64,000 nucleotides of DNA from Terriglobia bacterium (GTDB taxonomy: Bacteria; Acidobacteriota; Terriglobia; 2-12-FULL-54-10): NCBI GenBank assembly GCA_963666975.2, contig CAXVYR010000004.1, positions 768,001-832,000 of the forward strand. The letters run 5' to 3'. The notes below the pieces were generated by a model. It made no database searches. It was not told the DNA's origin and saw only the letters and a list, made by a program, of their open reading frames with translations. Position 1 is the stretch's first letter; every line of letters starts with the position of its first letter. Of this stretch, positions 48,913 to 59,210 are shown one piece after another. The position numbers and the translations under genes were made by a program.

Positions 48913-49908
48913 ATGGAATTATTTCGGAACCCAAATATTAACTGGATCGGCAAGAAATGGCCCTTGCTTGGCCTTTCCGTTGTTTTGAGCGTGACAGGCT
49001 TGGTTTCGCTCTTTGCGAAGGGAGGCCCGCGATACGGAATCGACTTTAAGGGCGGCACTCTGGTCCACCTCCAGTTTCAGGAGCAGCCGTCGCTGGAGCG
49101 CATTCGTTCCGCCCTGCGATCGCAAGAGCTGGGTAACAGCACGCTGCAGCAGTACGGGCCGGAAGCTGACCATGAGATCCTGATCGGGCTGGATTTGGAG
49201 GCCACCAGCGAAGAGGACCTGGACGCAGGCAGAAGCGCTATCATCAACGCACTGAGCCAGGAATTTGGAGGAGAAGCCGGTTTTGAAGTGCGCAATGTCG
49301 AGTTGGTGGGCCCCAAAGTCGGAGCCGCATTGCGGCGCCAAGCGTTGAATGCAACCCTGCTGGCGCTGGCCAGCATGCTGATCTACATAGGAATTCGGTT
49401 TGAATGGATTTACGGTGTTGCAGCAGTCCTGGCCGTGTTTCACGATGTGATTATTACGGTCGGCTTTCTGTCGCTCGCGGACAGAGAGATCACCCTGACC
49501 GTGATCGCCGCTTTGCTGACGCTGGTAGGATTCTCCGTGAATGATACGATCGTGGTGTTTGACCGCATGCGCGAAAATGTGAAGTTGATGCGACGGGAGA
49601 GGATTAGCGAGATCGCCAATCGGAGCATCAACCAGACCCTCAGCCGGACGGTTCTTACCAGCGGTCTCACGTTTATCACGGTGCTGGCCTTGTTCGTTTT
49701 TGGAGGAGAGGTGCTGCGGGGGTTTTCCTTCACCTTGGTTGTGGGAGTCCTGGTGGGCACCTATTCTTCCATCGCCATCGGAAGCACGCTGGTCGTGAGC
49801 TGGCAGGAGTATGGGAGCCGTGTCCGGCGTCCGGGGAAGGCGGTTGCCCTCGAAAGGGACCGGGGCAAAGCAAAGCGCCCCAAGCTCGGAGCGGGCGCAA
49901 AGGTATGA
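48913..49908 (+). CDS. secF: Protein translocase subunit SecF
   Basis: GIDFKGG, VGPKVG, HDVIIT, NDTIVVFDR, QTLSRT, GTYSS. Confidence 0.97.
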   Translation: MELFRNPNINWIGKKWPLLGLSVVLSVTGLVSLFAKGGPRYGIDFKGGTLVHLQFQEQPSLERIRSALRSQELGNSTLQQYGPEADHEILIGLDLEATSEEDLDAGRSAIINALSQEFGGEAGFEVRNVELVGPKVGAALRRQALNATLLALASMLIYIGIRFEWIYGVAAVLAVFHDVIITVGFLSLADREITLTVIAALLTLVGFSVNDTIVVFDRMRENVKLMRRERISEIANRSINQTLSRTVLTSGLTFITVLALFVFGGEVLRGFSFTLVVGVLVGTYSSIAIGSTLVVSWQEYGSRVRRPGKAVALERDRGKAKRPKLGAGAKV

Positions 49909-50053
49909 ATCCTGCCGGGCGGAGAAATTGTGGCAGGGGGGGTTGAAATGGAGGGCAAACTTAGGTACCCTGTGTGCATTAAATCGAAACATGTTTCCCC
50001 CTGTTCGGATGCAGGGTAGGGTTATGTGTTTTCATCTATAAATTTTATTTATG

Positions 50054-50082
50054 AAGACAATTAGAATTATCGGTTGTATAAT
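50054..50082 (+). promoter_or_regulatory. Putative sigma70 promoter for the tonB-exb cluster
   Basis: AAGACA-N17-TATAAT with an AT-rich upstream element. Confidence 0.5.
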
Positions 50083-50203
50083 TCGCCACTTCGATCATTT
50101 ATTATGTACGGCTTGGTTCTGTAAATTGCGCGCCGTTCCACCCATTGGTTTGAACGGAAACACTTACGTTCCCTCTTTCAGGGAACGCAGGGAGCATTGA
50201 GAT

Positions 50204-50932
50204 ATGTTTGAAGACAGTATTTTGGATTACGGAGGCAGGGGAAAGACAAAGAAACCCATTACGGTGATTGTTTCCTTTTTGGGACAGTGCCTCATGCTGG
50301 GAATCATGGTCTTGATTCCTTTGATCTACACGGAGGCTCTTCCGCAAGCCCAGTTAATGACCTTTCTGATGGCCCCGCCGCCCCCGCCGCCCCCGCCCCC
50401 GCCGCCTCCGAAGGTTGCACCGAGGGTGCAGGTAAGGCCCAGGCCCCAGCCGCAAGAGATGGTTCAACCCACGGCGATCCCCAAACAGGTAGCCATGATT
50501 AAAGAGGATCCTCGGCCACCTCCGGGTCCGGTTGGCGGAGTCATCGGAGGTATCGCCGGCGGCGCTCTCGGAGGGCCTGGAGGGGTTTTGGGAGGGATGA
50601 TCGGCGCGGCCCCGCCGCCGCCGCCTCCTCCTCCTCCCCCCGCCGCCCCCATCCGTGTGGGTGGCCAGGTAGCGTCTGCTAGGTTGTTGAACCAAACCAG
50701 GCCGGTGTATCCTCCGCTCGCCAGGCAGGCTCGAATACAGGGTACGGTCCGCCTGGAGGCAATCATCAGCAGGGACGGGACGATTGAGAATTTGGAGGTC
50801 GTGAGCGGCCACCCATTGTTGATTCAGGCGGCCTTGACCGCGGTGCGCACATGGCGTTACCAGCCCACTTTGCTGAATGGGGTGCCTGTGGAAGTTATTA
50901 CCACGATCGACGTCAACTTCACGATGCGATAG
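50204..50932 (+). CDS. tonB: Energy transducer TonB
   Basis: N-terminal TM, poly-Pro tracts, PVYPPLARQARIQGTV, WRYQP. Confidence 0.92.
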   Translation: MFEDSILDYGGRGKTKKPITVIVSFLGQCLMLGIMVLIPLIYTEALPQAQLMTFLMAPPPPPPPPPPPPKVAPRVQVRPRPQPQEMVQPTAIPKQVAMIKEDPRPPPGPVGGVIGGIAGGALGGPGGVLGGMIGAAPPPPPPPPPPAAPIRVGGQVASARLLNQTRPVYPPLARQARIQGTVRLEAIISRDGTIENLEVVSGHPLLIQAALTAVRTWRYQPTLLNGVPVEVITTIDVNFTMR

Positions 50933-51079
50933 GAGCGACAGACCTTTAGTGCCTGATGAAAGGCACAAAAGGGAAGAGCACGAACCGAGATTGCATCCGG
51001 GCTTCTGGCGCGATGAGGCCGGATGAGATTTTGTGAAAGAAAAATCGAACTACATCGTTGTTAGGAGGGAGAATCAAAA

Positions 51080-51811
51080 ATGGCAGGAGCCGATATAACT
51101 TTGTTTGGGATGTGGTTGTTGCAAGAAGCGGTTGGATGGGACCCCATGTCGATGTGGAACCAAATGGGCTGGCCGGCCCGAATCATAGTGATTACCCTGT
51201 TTGGAATGTCTGCGTGGTCGATCGGGGTCATGATTGACCGCTACCTCGCGTATACCGCTGCGCGGAAACAGTCCCGCACGTTTGCTCCGCTGGTGGCGGG
51301 CGCGTTGCGGGACGGGAAGCTCGACGAAGCCATCCATATTGCGGAGCGGCATAAGAAGTCCCACTTGGCGAAGGTGATTACGGCCGGGCTGCAGGAATTT
51401 CAGGCCCATCAGGCCAGCGCCGAAATCTCGGGAGCGGAAATTGATGCTTCCAAGCGCGCTTTGGACCGGGCCGAAGCCATTGTCCATGCGGATCTGAAGC
51501 GCGGCTTGAGCGGGCTGGCAACCATCGGCGCCACGGCTCCTTTCGTCGGGCTGTTCGGGACGGTCGTGGGGATCATCAACGCGTTCGCAGGCATTGCGGC
51601 GGAAGCAGCCACCGGACTGGCAGCCGTCGCTGGCGGCATTTCCGAGGCCCTGGTAGCCACCGCGATCGGATTGTTCGTGGCCATCCCGGCTGTGTGGATG
51701 TTCAACTTCTTTACCACCCATGTCGAAGCCTTTGACATTGAGATGGATAACTCCTCGTCCGAGTTGATTGACTATTTCATTAAACGCACCTCAAAAGGGA
51801 GCAAAAAATAA
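51080..51811 (+). CDS. exbB: MotA/TolQ/ExbB proton channel protein
   Basis: LATIGATAPFVGLFGTVVGI, GISEALVATAIGLFVAIPA. Confidence 0.9.
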   Translation: MAGADITLFGMWLLQEAVGWDPMSMWNQMGWPARIIVITLFGMSAWSIGVMIDRYLAYTAARKQSRTFAPLVAGALRDGKLDEAIHIAERHKKSHLAKVITAGLQEFQAHQASAEISGAEIDASKRALDRAEAIVHADLKRGLSGLATIGATAPFVGLFGTVVGIINAFAGIAAEAATGLAAVAGGISEALVATAIGLFVAIPAVWMFNFFTTHVEAFDIEMDNSSSELIDYFIKRTSKGSKK

Positions 51812-52224
51812 TGGCGATTGGAAGGCAACTGATGGGCGTAACATCGGAGCCCAACGTGGTTCCGATGGCTGATGTCATGCTGGTGCTGCTCATCATCTTT
51901 ATGGTCATTACTCCGATGTTGCAAAAAGACGTCAGCGTGGACTTGGTACGGACCAACAACCCCAGGGAGATGCCGGACGCCGATAAGGAAGACGCCGTTG
52001 TGGTGTCAGTCACGCGCGACGGCAACGTCTTCCTGGGCTCTACCCAGACGGCAGTGGACGAGTTGTCGACGAAGGTGCAGGAGATCGTAGCAACTCGGGT
52101 GGACAAGACCGTTTTCGTCAAAAGCGATGCCCGCGCCAAATATGAGCGGGTCGTGACGGTGATCGATGAGGTGCGTTCGGCCGGCGTGGACCAGCTCGGG
52201 TTGCTGACAGAAGAGATAGAGTGA
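51811..52224 (+). CDS. exbD: ExbD/TolR family protein
   Basis: PNVVPMADVMLVLLIIFMVITP. Confidence 0.9.
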   Translation: MAIGRQLMGVTSEPNVVPMADVMLVLLIIFMVITPMLQKDVSVDLVRTNNPREMPDADKEDAVVVSVTRDGNVFLGSTQTAVDELSTKVQEIVATRVDKTVFVKSDARAKYERVVTVIDEVRSAGVDQLGLLTEEIE

Positions 52225-52380
52225 TAGAGGGAAGACCATAGGCAGCCTTTTGGCGCGCGACCGCCCGGAGCGGTGTGGAGCCGGACCGGGAAGGGCAGAA
52301 GGCCCAACCCTGCCGCGTGAAGTCGCAGGCGTGATGGGCGGGCCGGGAATTCTTCTCCATTCAGACAGGAGGAAACAGAT

Positions 52381-52812
52381 ATGGGAATGGATGTGGGAGG
52401 CTCCAAGGGAGGAGCTAAGTCGAACATCAATATTGTCCCCTTGATCGACATATTGCTGGTGCTGCTGATTATCTTTATGGTCATTACTCCGACGGTGTCC
52501 ACGGGTCTGGATGCTTTGGTGCCGCAGCCGAATCCGAACAAAGATGAACAACAACTGGAGGAAGATATTCGGACGGTGGTGGTGTCAATCGATGCCAACC
52601 GCAATATGAAGATCAACCAGGACCCGGTGACCAAGGAACAACTGGGATTCCGTCTGGAGGAGATCTTCAAGACCAGGGCGGACCGGACGATGTTCGTCAG
52701 AGGCGACCCGGAAATTATTTTTCAGGATGTGGCTGAGGTGATCGATATCGCCAAGGGCGCATTGGTCGACAAGATCGGCCTGATTACCGCGCGGATTGAA
52801 GAAGGTCAATAA
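52381..52812 (+). CDS. exbD: Second ExbD/TolR family protein
   Basis: INIVPLIDILLVLLIIFMVITP. Confidence 0.9.
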   Translation: MGMDVGGSKGGAKSNINIVPLIDILLVLLIIFMVITPTVSTGLDALVPQPNPNKDEQQLEEDIRTVVVSIDANRNMKINQDPVTKEQLGFRLEEIFKTRADRTMFVRGDPEIIFQDVAEVIDIAKGALVDKIGLITARIEEGQ

Positions 52813-52925
52813 GCGAATTGAACAGCGGGTTTCCTCATCAACCGTCGGGTCTGGGCCGGGCGGCTTGGCCTGTAGGTTTGAACTAAAGAGTCGAAGCCCG
52901 TGCCATTTTAGTTCGGAGAGCGAAA

Positions 52926-53729
52926 ATGAAGATGAAATCGAAAACAACGATTGGCTGGGTAGGGTTGGTTTTCGCCGTTTGCCTGATGCTGACGGCGAGT
53001 GGCTGCAATCAGTTGAAGGCGCGGGATCAGCTCAATAAGGGGGTGTCGCAGTACCGGGCTAGGCACTACCAAGTCGCTATTGAACATTTCAAGCGCGCCG
53101 TCGAATTTGACCCCGAGTTGGTGAATGCCCGGCTGTACCTGGCAACCGCCTATTCCGTTCAATATGTGCCGGGAATCGATACGGAAGGAAATTTGCAGGT
53201 TGGGGAGCTGGCCATTCAGGAATTTGAAAACGTCTTGGCGAAAGACCCCAACAACCTGGACAGCATTACCGGCATAGCCCAGTTGTATTTCAATATGAAA
53301 CGAATGGACGAGGCGAGGGAATTTCGCAGGAGGCAAATCAGCATAGATCCCACCAATCCGGAAGCCTACTACGCGATCGGAGTGATCGATTGGACCTTGA
53401 CCTATCAGCCGCGGATGGCATTGAAGGTGCGGTTGGGCTTGCGGGCCGATCAGCCGTTTCCACGGAAGGAGTTCAGGGAAGAGTTGACGGAAAGGAACCT
53501 TCCTTTGATTGAGGAGGGCATGGAGAATCTGAATAAGGCGATTGAGCTCCGGCCTGATTACGATGATGCCATGGCCTATCTGAACCTGCTGTACCGGGAA
53601 AGTGCCGATTTGGTGGACACGGAAGAGGAGCGGGAAGAGCTTCTGGTGACCGCTGACAACTGGATTGAGAAAACGCTGGAAATCAAGAAGGCAAGGGCTG
53701 AAGCAGAAGAGGCACAGGCAGGGGGGTAA
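52926..53729 (+). CDS. TPR-repeat lipoprotein
   Basis: LTASGC lipobox; TPR motifs (AIEHFKRAVEFDP, KAIELRPDYDDAMAY). Confidence 0.85.
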   Translation: MKMKSKTTIGWVGLVFAVCLMLTASGCNQLKARDQLNKGVSQYRARHYQVAIEHFKRAVEFDPELVNARLYLATAYSVQYVPGIDTEGNLQVGELAIQEFENVLAKDPNNLDSITGIAQLYFNMKRMDEAREFRRRQISIDPTNPEAYYAIGVIDWTLTYQPRMALKVRLGLRADQPFPRKEFREELTERNLPLIEEGMENLNKAIELRPDYDDAMAYLNLLYRESADLVDTEEEREELLVTADNWIEKTLEIKKARAEAEEAQAGG

Positions 53730-53764
53730 TTTCCTCCCGTTTCCTGCATCGGCAGCTTTATAAT

Positions 53765-53808
53765 AGAACCCTGGAGGGCAAAGAAAGCCTCTCCAGGGTT
53801 TTTCTTTT
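53765..53808 (+). terminator. Rho-independent terminator
   Basis: AACCCTGGAG(G)GC..GC(CT)CTCCAGGGTT stem followed by a T-tract. Confidence 0.7.
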
Positions 53809-53909
53809 GCCGGCGAATCCTGCCCGGCTCCAACCATGGGGGGGGGGAGCCTTTCCGATTTCGGAGCTGAGGCGGCGATCTTTCCCGCCGGAGGAAGCTC
53901 CGGTTTTTG

Positions 53910-56114
53910 ATGTCCAATTTACCGACCACGCTGCGGCAGGCATTCTCCACCAACCTTCTTACGCTCACCAAGTTTCGTGACCTTCTGAAAAAGGTCAAGC
54001 AGAACCGGCCCCACGAGGACCTGGAGCTTCTGCGGCGGGCCTACCGGTTTTCCGCGCACTACCACAAACGGCAGGTCCGTTCTTCCGGAGCGCCCTACCT
54101 TTCTCATCCCCTGGAAGTGGCCCACATCCTGGCCGATCTGCGGCTGGACGGACCCACCATCGCTACCGCGCTCTTGCATGACGTTGTAGAAGACACTGGC
54201 GTAACCCTCAAGGAAATCCGCAAAAGCTTTGGCGAAGAGGTGGCCCACCTGGTCGAGGGAGTGACCAAGATCCGGAAGCTGGATTTTTATAGCCAGGAGC
54301 AACAGCAGGCGGAGAACGTTCGGAAGATGCTGCTGGCGATGGTGGACGACCTGCGCGTGATTTTCGTCAAGCTGGCCGACCGTCTGCATAACATGGGCAC
54401 GCTACAGTATCTTTCTCCGGAGAAACAACAGCGCATCGCTCAGGAGACCCTGGACCTGTATGTTCCGCTGGCCCATCGCATGGGGATGGGAAAGATCCGG
54501 GGAGAGCTCGAGGACCTGGCGTTCGCCTATATCGACCCGATTGCATTTCAAGAAATTCGGCACGCGGTAGAAAGCAAGAGGCAGGCCAGCGAGGATTCCC
54601 TCAAAGAGGTAGTGGCAGCTATCCGGCCGGAACTCGGCAAGAATGAAATCGCGGCGAAGGTCGAGTGGCGCATCAAAAGGTTCTATAGCATCTACCAAAA
54701 GATGAAGCAGCGGAAATGCGGCATAGATCAAGTCTTCGACCTGCTGGCGGTTCGCATCATCACGGAGAGCGTGAACGACTGCTACGCTGCTCTGGGGGTG
54801 ATCCACAACCTGTGGCGGCCGGTCCCGGGGCGGATCAAGGATTTTATTGCCATGCCGCGCCCCAATCTTTATCAATCTCTCCACACCACCGTCATCGGGA
54901 ACATCGGCCAGCCGTTTGAAGTGCAGATCCGCACGGCCCAAATGCATCGCACGGCAGAGGAGGGAATCGCGGCGCATTGGAAGTACAAAGAGGGCGGACC
55001 CACCTCCGCCGCTGATGAGCAGAGTATGGCGTGGCTCCGGCAACTCGTGGATTGGCAGCAGGACCTGTCCGATCCTGTGGAATTGCTCTCCACCTTGAAA
55101 ATTGACCTGTATCCGGAAGAGGTGTGCACCTTCACGCCCAAGGGAAAGGTCGTGGTCCTGCCGCGCGACGCTACCGCCATCGACTTTGCCTACGCCATTC
55201 ACACCGAGGTCGGGAACCGCTGTGTGGGCGCGAAAGTGAACGGGAGACTGGCGCCGCTTCGAAGCCGCCTGGGTAACGGGGACATCGTCGAGATCCTCAC
55301 CCAGAAGGGGAGCCATCCCAGCCGCGACTGGCTGGCCTTTGCGAAGTCTTCCCGGGCGCGGAATAAGATCAAGCATTGGATCAACATCAACGAGCGGGCT
55401 AACGCTGTCGAGCTGGGCCGGCGGCTGTTGGAAAAAGAGAGCCGCCGGTTCCAGATTTCCTGGAAGCGGGTTTCGGCCGAGGACCTTGGAAAGATCGGGC
55501 AGGGACTCGGCATACAAAAAGTCGAAGACTTGTATTCCGCTGTGGGGTTCGGCAAACTGTCCGCCCATCAGATCGTGTCCCGGTTGTTCCCGGATTCGGT
55601 TCCGGAAACTCCCGCAGAGAAAAAAACGTTCGGCAAAACGTTCCGAAAGGCGCTGGGCATCTCCCAAAGCGGCGCCTTGCAGATCAAAGGCTACGATGAT
55701 CTGCTGATTTACCGCGCAAAATGTTGCGAGCCGATTCGGGGAGAACCGGTCATCGGTTATATCACGCGCGGAAAGGGAGTGGCCGTGCACGCCAAGACCT
55801 GTTCCAACGTGCAAAACCTCCTCTATCAATTGGAGCGAAGGATTGAAGTGGAGTGGTCTTCCTCGGCCGAAGAATCCTATCCGGTCCAACTGGTCATCCG
55901 CACCGATGACCGCCCGGGCCTGTTGAAGGAATTGACGGCGGCCATTTCCGACAAGACAAATATCCGAAAAATTGAGACGAAGACCGGAGTTGCCCGAGAA
56001 GCGACCGTTACTTTGTCTCTGGACATCACCGACAAAAAGCACCTGGAGCGGCTGGTTCTGGCCATACGGAAGATCAGCGGCATCCGGGACGTGGAACGCA
56101 TCTACAAGACATAA
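53910..56114 (+). CDS. rel: Bifunctional (p)ppGpp synthetase/hydrolase (long RSH: HD-SYNTH-TGS-ACT)
   Basis: LLHDVVEDT, KLADRLHNM, YQSLHTT, EVQIRT, AAHWKYK, DFAYAIHT. Confidence 0.96.
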   Translation: MSNLPTTLRQAFSTNLLTLTKFRDLLKKVKQNRPHEDLELLRRAYRFSAHYHKRQVRSSGAPYLSHPLEVAHILADLRLDGPTIATALLHDVVEDTGVTLKEIRKSFGEEVAHLVEGVTKIRKLDFYSQEQQQAENVRKMLLAMVDDLRVIFVKLADRLHNMGTLQYLSPEKQQRIAQETLDLYVPLAHRMGMGKIRGELEDLAFAYIDPIAFQEIRHAVESKRQASEDSLKEVVAAIRPELGKNEIAAKVEWRIKRFYSIYQKMKQRKCGIDQVFDLLAVRIITESVNDCYAALGVIHNLWRPVPGRIKDFIAMPRPNLYQSLHTTVIGNIGQPFEVQIRTAQMHRTAEEGIAAHWKYKEGGPTSAADEQSMAWLRQLVDWQQDLSDPVELLSTLKIDLYPEEVCTFTPKGKVVVLPRDATAIDFAYAIHTEVGNRCVGAKVNGRLAPLRSRLGNGDIVEILTQKGSHPSRDWLAFAKSSRARNKIKHWININERANAVELGRRLLEKESRRFQISWKRVSAEDLGKIGQGLGIQKVEDLYSAVGFGKLSAHQIVSRLFPDSVPETPAEKKTFGKTFRKALGISQSGALQIKGYDDLLIYRAKCCEPIRGEPVIGYITRGKGVAVHAKTCSNVQNLLYQLERRIEVEWSSSAEESYPVQLVIRTDDRPGLLKELTAAISDKTNIRKIETKTGVAREATVTLSLDITDKKHLERLVLAIRKISGIRDVERIYKT

Positions 56115-56268
56115 ATTCTACGTTTCTTTTTTTCCTTAGCGAGAGGAATCCCGTTGCGCAGCAAATGGCATGCAGCCGCCGAATTGAGTCTGTCGGAGGA
56201 CCAGGAGGAGATTCCCCATCCGCGCCGGCCTCAAGCTCACTCTCATGCCCCTGGCGGAATCGCTTGGT

Positions 56269-56457
56269 TTATGCTTTGGTGACTTTGCCGGAACGGATAC
56301 AGTCAGCGCAGGCTTTGATCCGCGCATGGCCGCCGTTCACGATGGCCCGAACTTGGTGAAGGTTGACGTTCCAGCGACGTTTGGTGACGTTATGAGCGTG
56401 GCTGATTTTATTTCCGAAGCGCGGACCTTTTCCGCAAATTTCACAGACTCTAGCCAT
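56269..56457 (-). CDS. rpmB: 50S ribosomal protein L28
   Basis: MARVCEICGKGPRFGNKISHAHNVTKRRWNVNL...CADCIRSG. Confidence 0.95.
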   Translation of the reverse strand: MARVCEICGKGPRFGNKISHAHNVTKRRWNVNLHQVRAIVNGGHARIKACADCIRSGKVTKA

Positions 56458-56720
56458 TCTGAATCTCCTGAGGTAAAAAGTAATTTTACCAGATTGGTCC
56501 GCCGGAACCAAGTGCCACCGGGCGGCGGAGAGGCCGGCAAGCGCTCAGCAGCTTAAGAAGTTGATCTCTGGCGCAAAATAGGGATATAAGGGGAGGCATC
56601 TATCCAGAGAATTTTGCTAAAGGTTTCCGGCAATGGCGTTCCGGAAAATTGGCATTTTTCGCATTCCAGGCGCGGGCTTGCTCCGTGAGTTAATGGACGA
56701 AAAGAATTAGGGGGATGGTT

Positions 56721-58637
56721 ATGAGGGATTTGATCAAGCAATACCTGGACCGTGGGATCTCCAGACGGAATTTTCTTTCCGGACTGGGCACGATAGGCCT
56801 CAGCTCCGTGGCAGCCAACTCGATGGCGCGATCGCTGGCCCCCTTTATGGCCGAGGAGGCGGACGCTGCCGCCGCCAACGGCAGCCCCGCGTGGATGCGG
56901 AAGGTGCGCGGGACGGGCGGCGCTCTGCTGGCGGCGCAACTCAAGGCAGCCGGGATCGAGCACATCTTCGTGAACCCTTCCTCGGGCCAAGCCCCCTTCT
57001 TCGACGCCCTAGTGGACGAGCCGAAGTTGCACCTGATTGAAGGCCTCCAGGAAGGGGCGCTGGCGGCCATGGCCGACGGGTTCGCCAAGGCCTCCGGGAA
57101 GACTCCTTTTATCTTGATCGCCCGACCGGGACTGCCGAACTGCATGACGCAGATGTACAACTCCTGGAAGGACCGCATTCCGATGGTGGTGGCGACCGAC
57201 CTGGGAGGGATCGACGGGCTGGGGCAGGACGGATTTGAAGAGATCGACCACATGGGAGAGATGACGCAGCCGATCACGAAGTGGCACTGGAGGGCGGAGA
57301 ACACGAGGAAAATACCGGAGATCACGCGGCGAGCAATCAAGTTTGCCTCGACGCAGCCGTGCGGGCCGGTGTTTGTAGCTTATCCGCAGAATACACTCAG
57401 CGAGGTGGCGGAAGCGGAGGTGATGGAGCAGTCCAAGTTCTCGGTTCCGATGAAGATTCGGCCGGACCAGGCATCGGTGGAGGAGGCGGCGCAGTTGCTG
57501 CTGGAAGCGAGAAATCCGCTGCTCTACGTCGGAGATGAGATCGCATGGTGCAGAGGGCAAAAAGAAGTTTTGGAGCTTGCCGAGCTGCTGGGTTTGCCGG
57601 TAACGGAAGCTCCCGGGTCTCTTGGCTGGTCGCGGCCATTCCCGACCCGAAATCCTTTATACCTGGGCGATTTCCAAAAGGAGATGCGCTATCCGGGCAA
57701 GGTGGACGTGATGCTGAACCTGGGCAGCCGGATGCCCTATGCCGGTTCTCGCCCGAAGGTGTCGGCAGATGTGAAGCTGATCCAGGTGCGGATGGACCCG
57801 GGTAATCTGGCCCGTGTCTATCCTACCGAGCTTTCTATGGTGGCCGACATGAAGCTGGCCGCAGCCGATCTGGTGGCTGCTGTCCGAAGCATGGCCACGG
57901 CAGACCGGCTCCGGCAGATACGCGATGCGCGTCTGGCGAAGACGCGGGAATTCACCTCGAAGATGCGCCGGTTCCGCGAGTCGATTGCGCGCGAGCGCTG
58001 GGACCAATCCCCGATCAGCGCGGAGCGTCTGGGAATGGAGTTGGAGAGCGTTCTGGAGAAGGATACATGCTTCGTGGCGGAGATCGATTCCGGGCGGGTC
58101 ATGGAGCAGCTGATCCAATTCGGCGGGGACGACAAACAATACTTCAGCAACAGCGGACGGGCGCTGGGATGGGGCTTGGCGGCGGCGTTCGGGGTGAAGC
58201 TGGCGCAGCCGGACCGTCCTGTGGTGGCCGTGATCGGGGACGGGTCATTCCTGTTCAGCGGGCCGCAACCTCTGTGGAGTTTCGCCCGCTATCGCGTCCC
58301 GGTGACCATCATGGTCTTGAACAACCGCAGCTATAACAACGAGCGGAACCGGATCTGGTATACCGGCGGGCGGCAATTCAAAACCGGCCGGGACATGGTC
58401 TGCTATCTAGGAGATCCCGACGTTGACTTCGCGAAGATGGCCGCCTCGTTCGGCGTGGACGGCGAGGCTCTGCAAGACCCGTCCGCGATCCGGCCGGCGC
58501 TGGAGCGAGCGAAGAGAGCTAACGTCGAGGGCAGGCCTTACCTGCTGGATGTGCACATGGGGCGCCGGGGCCTTGGGGCGAACTCCACTTGGCATCCCGA
58601 GTTTTCGGTTGAAGCGCTGCGCCAGAGAAAAGTATGA
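56721..58637 (+). CDS. Thiamine-pyrophosphate-dependent enzyme (benzoylformate decarboxylase / acetolactate synthase-like) with twin-arginine leader
   Basis: SRRNFL leader; LQEGALAAMADG (catalytic Glu); GDGS...LNNRSY TPP motif. Confidence 0.88.
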   Translation: MRDLIKQYLDRGISRRNFLSGLGTIGLSSVAANSMARSLAPFMAEEADAAAANGSPAWMRKVRGTGGALLAAQLKAAGIEHIFVNPSSGQAPFFDALVDEPKLHLIEGLQEGALAAMADGFAKASGKTPFILIARPGLPNCMTQMYNSWKDRIPMVVATDLGGIDGLGQDGFEEIDHMGEMTQPITKWHWRAENTRKIPEITRRAIKFASTQPCGPVFVAYPQNTLSEVAEAEVMEQSKFSVPMKIRPDQASVEEAAQLLLEARNPLLYVGDEIAWCRGQKEVLELAELLGLPVTEAPGSLGWSRPFPTRNPLYLGDFQKEMRYPGKVDVMLNLGSRMPYAGSRPKVSADVKLIQVRMDPGNLARVYPTELSMVADMKLAAADLVAAVRSMATADRLRQIRDARLAKTREFTSKMRRFRESIARERWDQSPISAERLGMELESVLEKDTCFVAEIDSGRVMEQLIQFGGDDKQYFSNSGRALGWGLAAAFGVKLAQPDRPVVAVIGDGSFLFSGPQPLWSFARYRVPVTIMVLNNRSYNNERNRIWYTGGRQFKTGRDMVCYLGDPDVDFAKMAASFGVDGEALQDPSAIRPALERAKRANVEGRPYLLDVHMGRRGLGANSTWHPEFSVEALRQRKV

Positions 58638-58768
58638 CCGGGAGCATTGCATTCGATGCGTTGCTATCGTCTCGGCGGTTTAGAGCATCAGTTTCATAGT
58701 TACTATAGACCCAATCGCGGTGGAAGGATCAACTAGACCTGTTTCAGAGTTGGTGTAGAGTGCTTCAC

Positions 58769-58960
58769 AGCCCTGCAAGGGCGGCAGAATCTAGCCCAGG
58801 GCGTAAGCCCTGGGACAACGGGGATAGATATTACCCCAAGCCCCGGAGGGGCGCAAGACGCTCCGGCCTTTTTCTTTCGCCCCTTCCGGGGCTGATCCGG
58901 CGTGGCCTTTCCCACCCACGGCTGGCGCCGTGGGCTAAACTCTTGCGCCCCTCTGGGGCT
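58769..58960. repeat. REP/REPIN-like inverted-repeat element, same family as 24241..24437
   Basis: AGCCCAGGGCGTAAGCCCTGGG / CCCACGGCTGGCGCCGTGGGCT and AGCCCC..GGGGCG / CGCCCC..GGGGCT units. Confidence 0.8.
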
Positions 58961-59210
58961 TCACGAGCGTTCTGGAAAGCTATACAGCAACTATAAATTT
59001 GCTCTAGAGCGTTTCGCAGTTCGTGTAAACCACAACGCGTTGTCATTCCGAACCCTTCGGCGTTGCTCAGGATGACAGCCAAAGAGGATGCCTGGTCCAA
59101 TGGCGGAGCGGCCTACAGCATTTGCGAAAACGGTATAGTTGTCGCGTAGGGCGGGAAAAGGAGAGAGGGTCCAGTGGCAGGCGGCTGTCCGGGAACAAGG
59201 CCCGGCTGTC

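Noticed and set aside
54402-56042. 546-aa minus-strand ORF
   Set aside because: Antisense shadow of rel.
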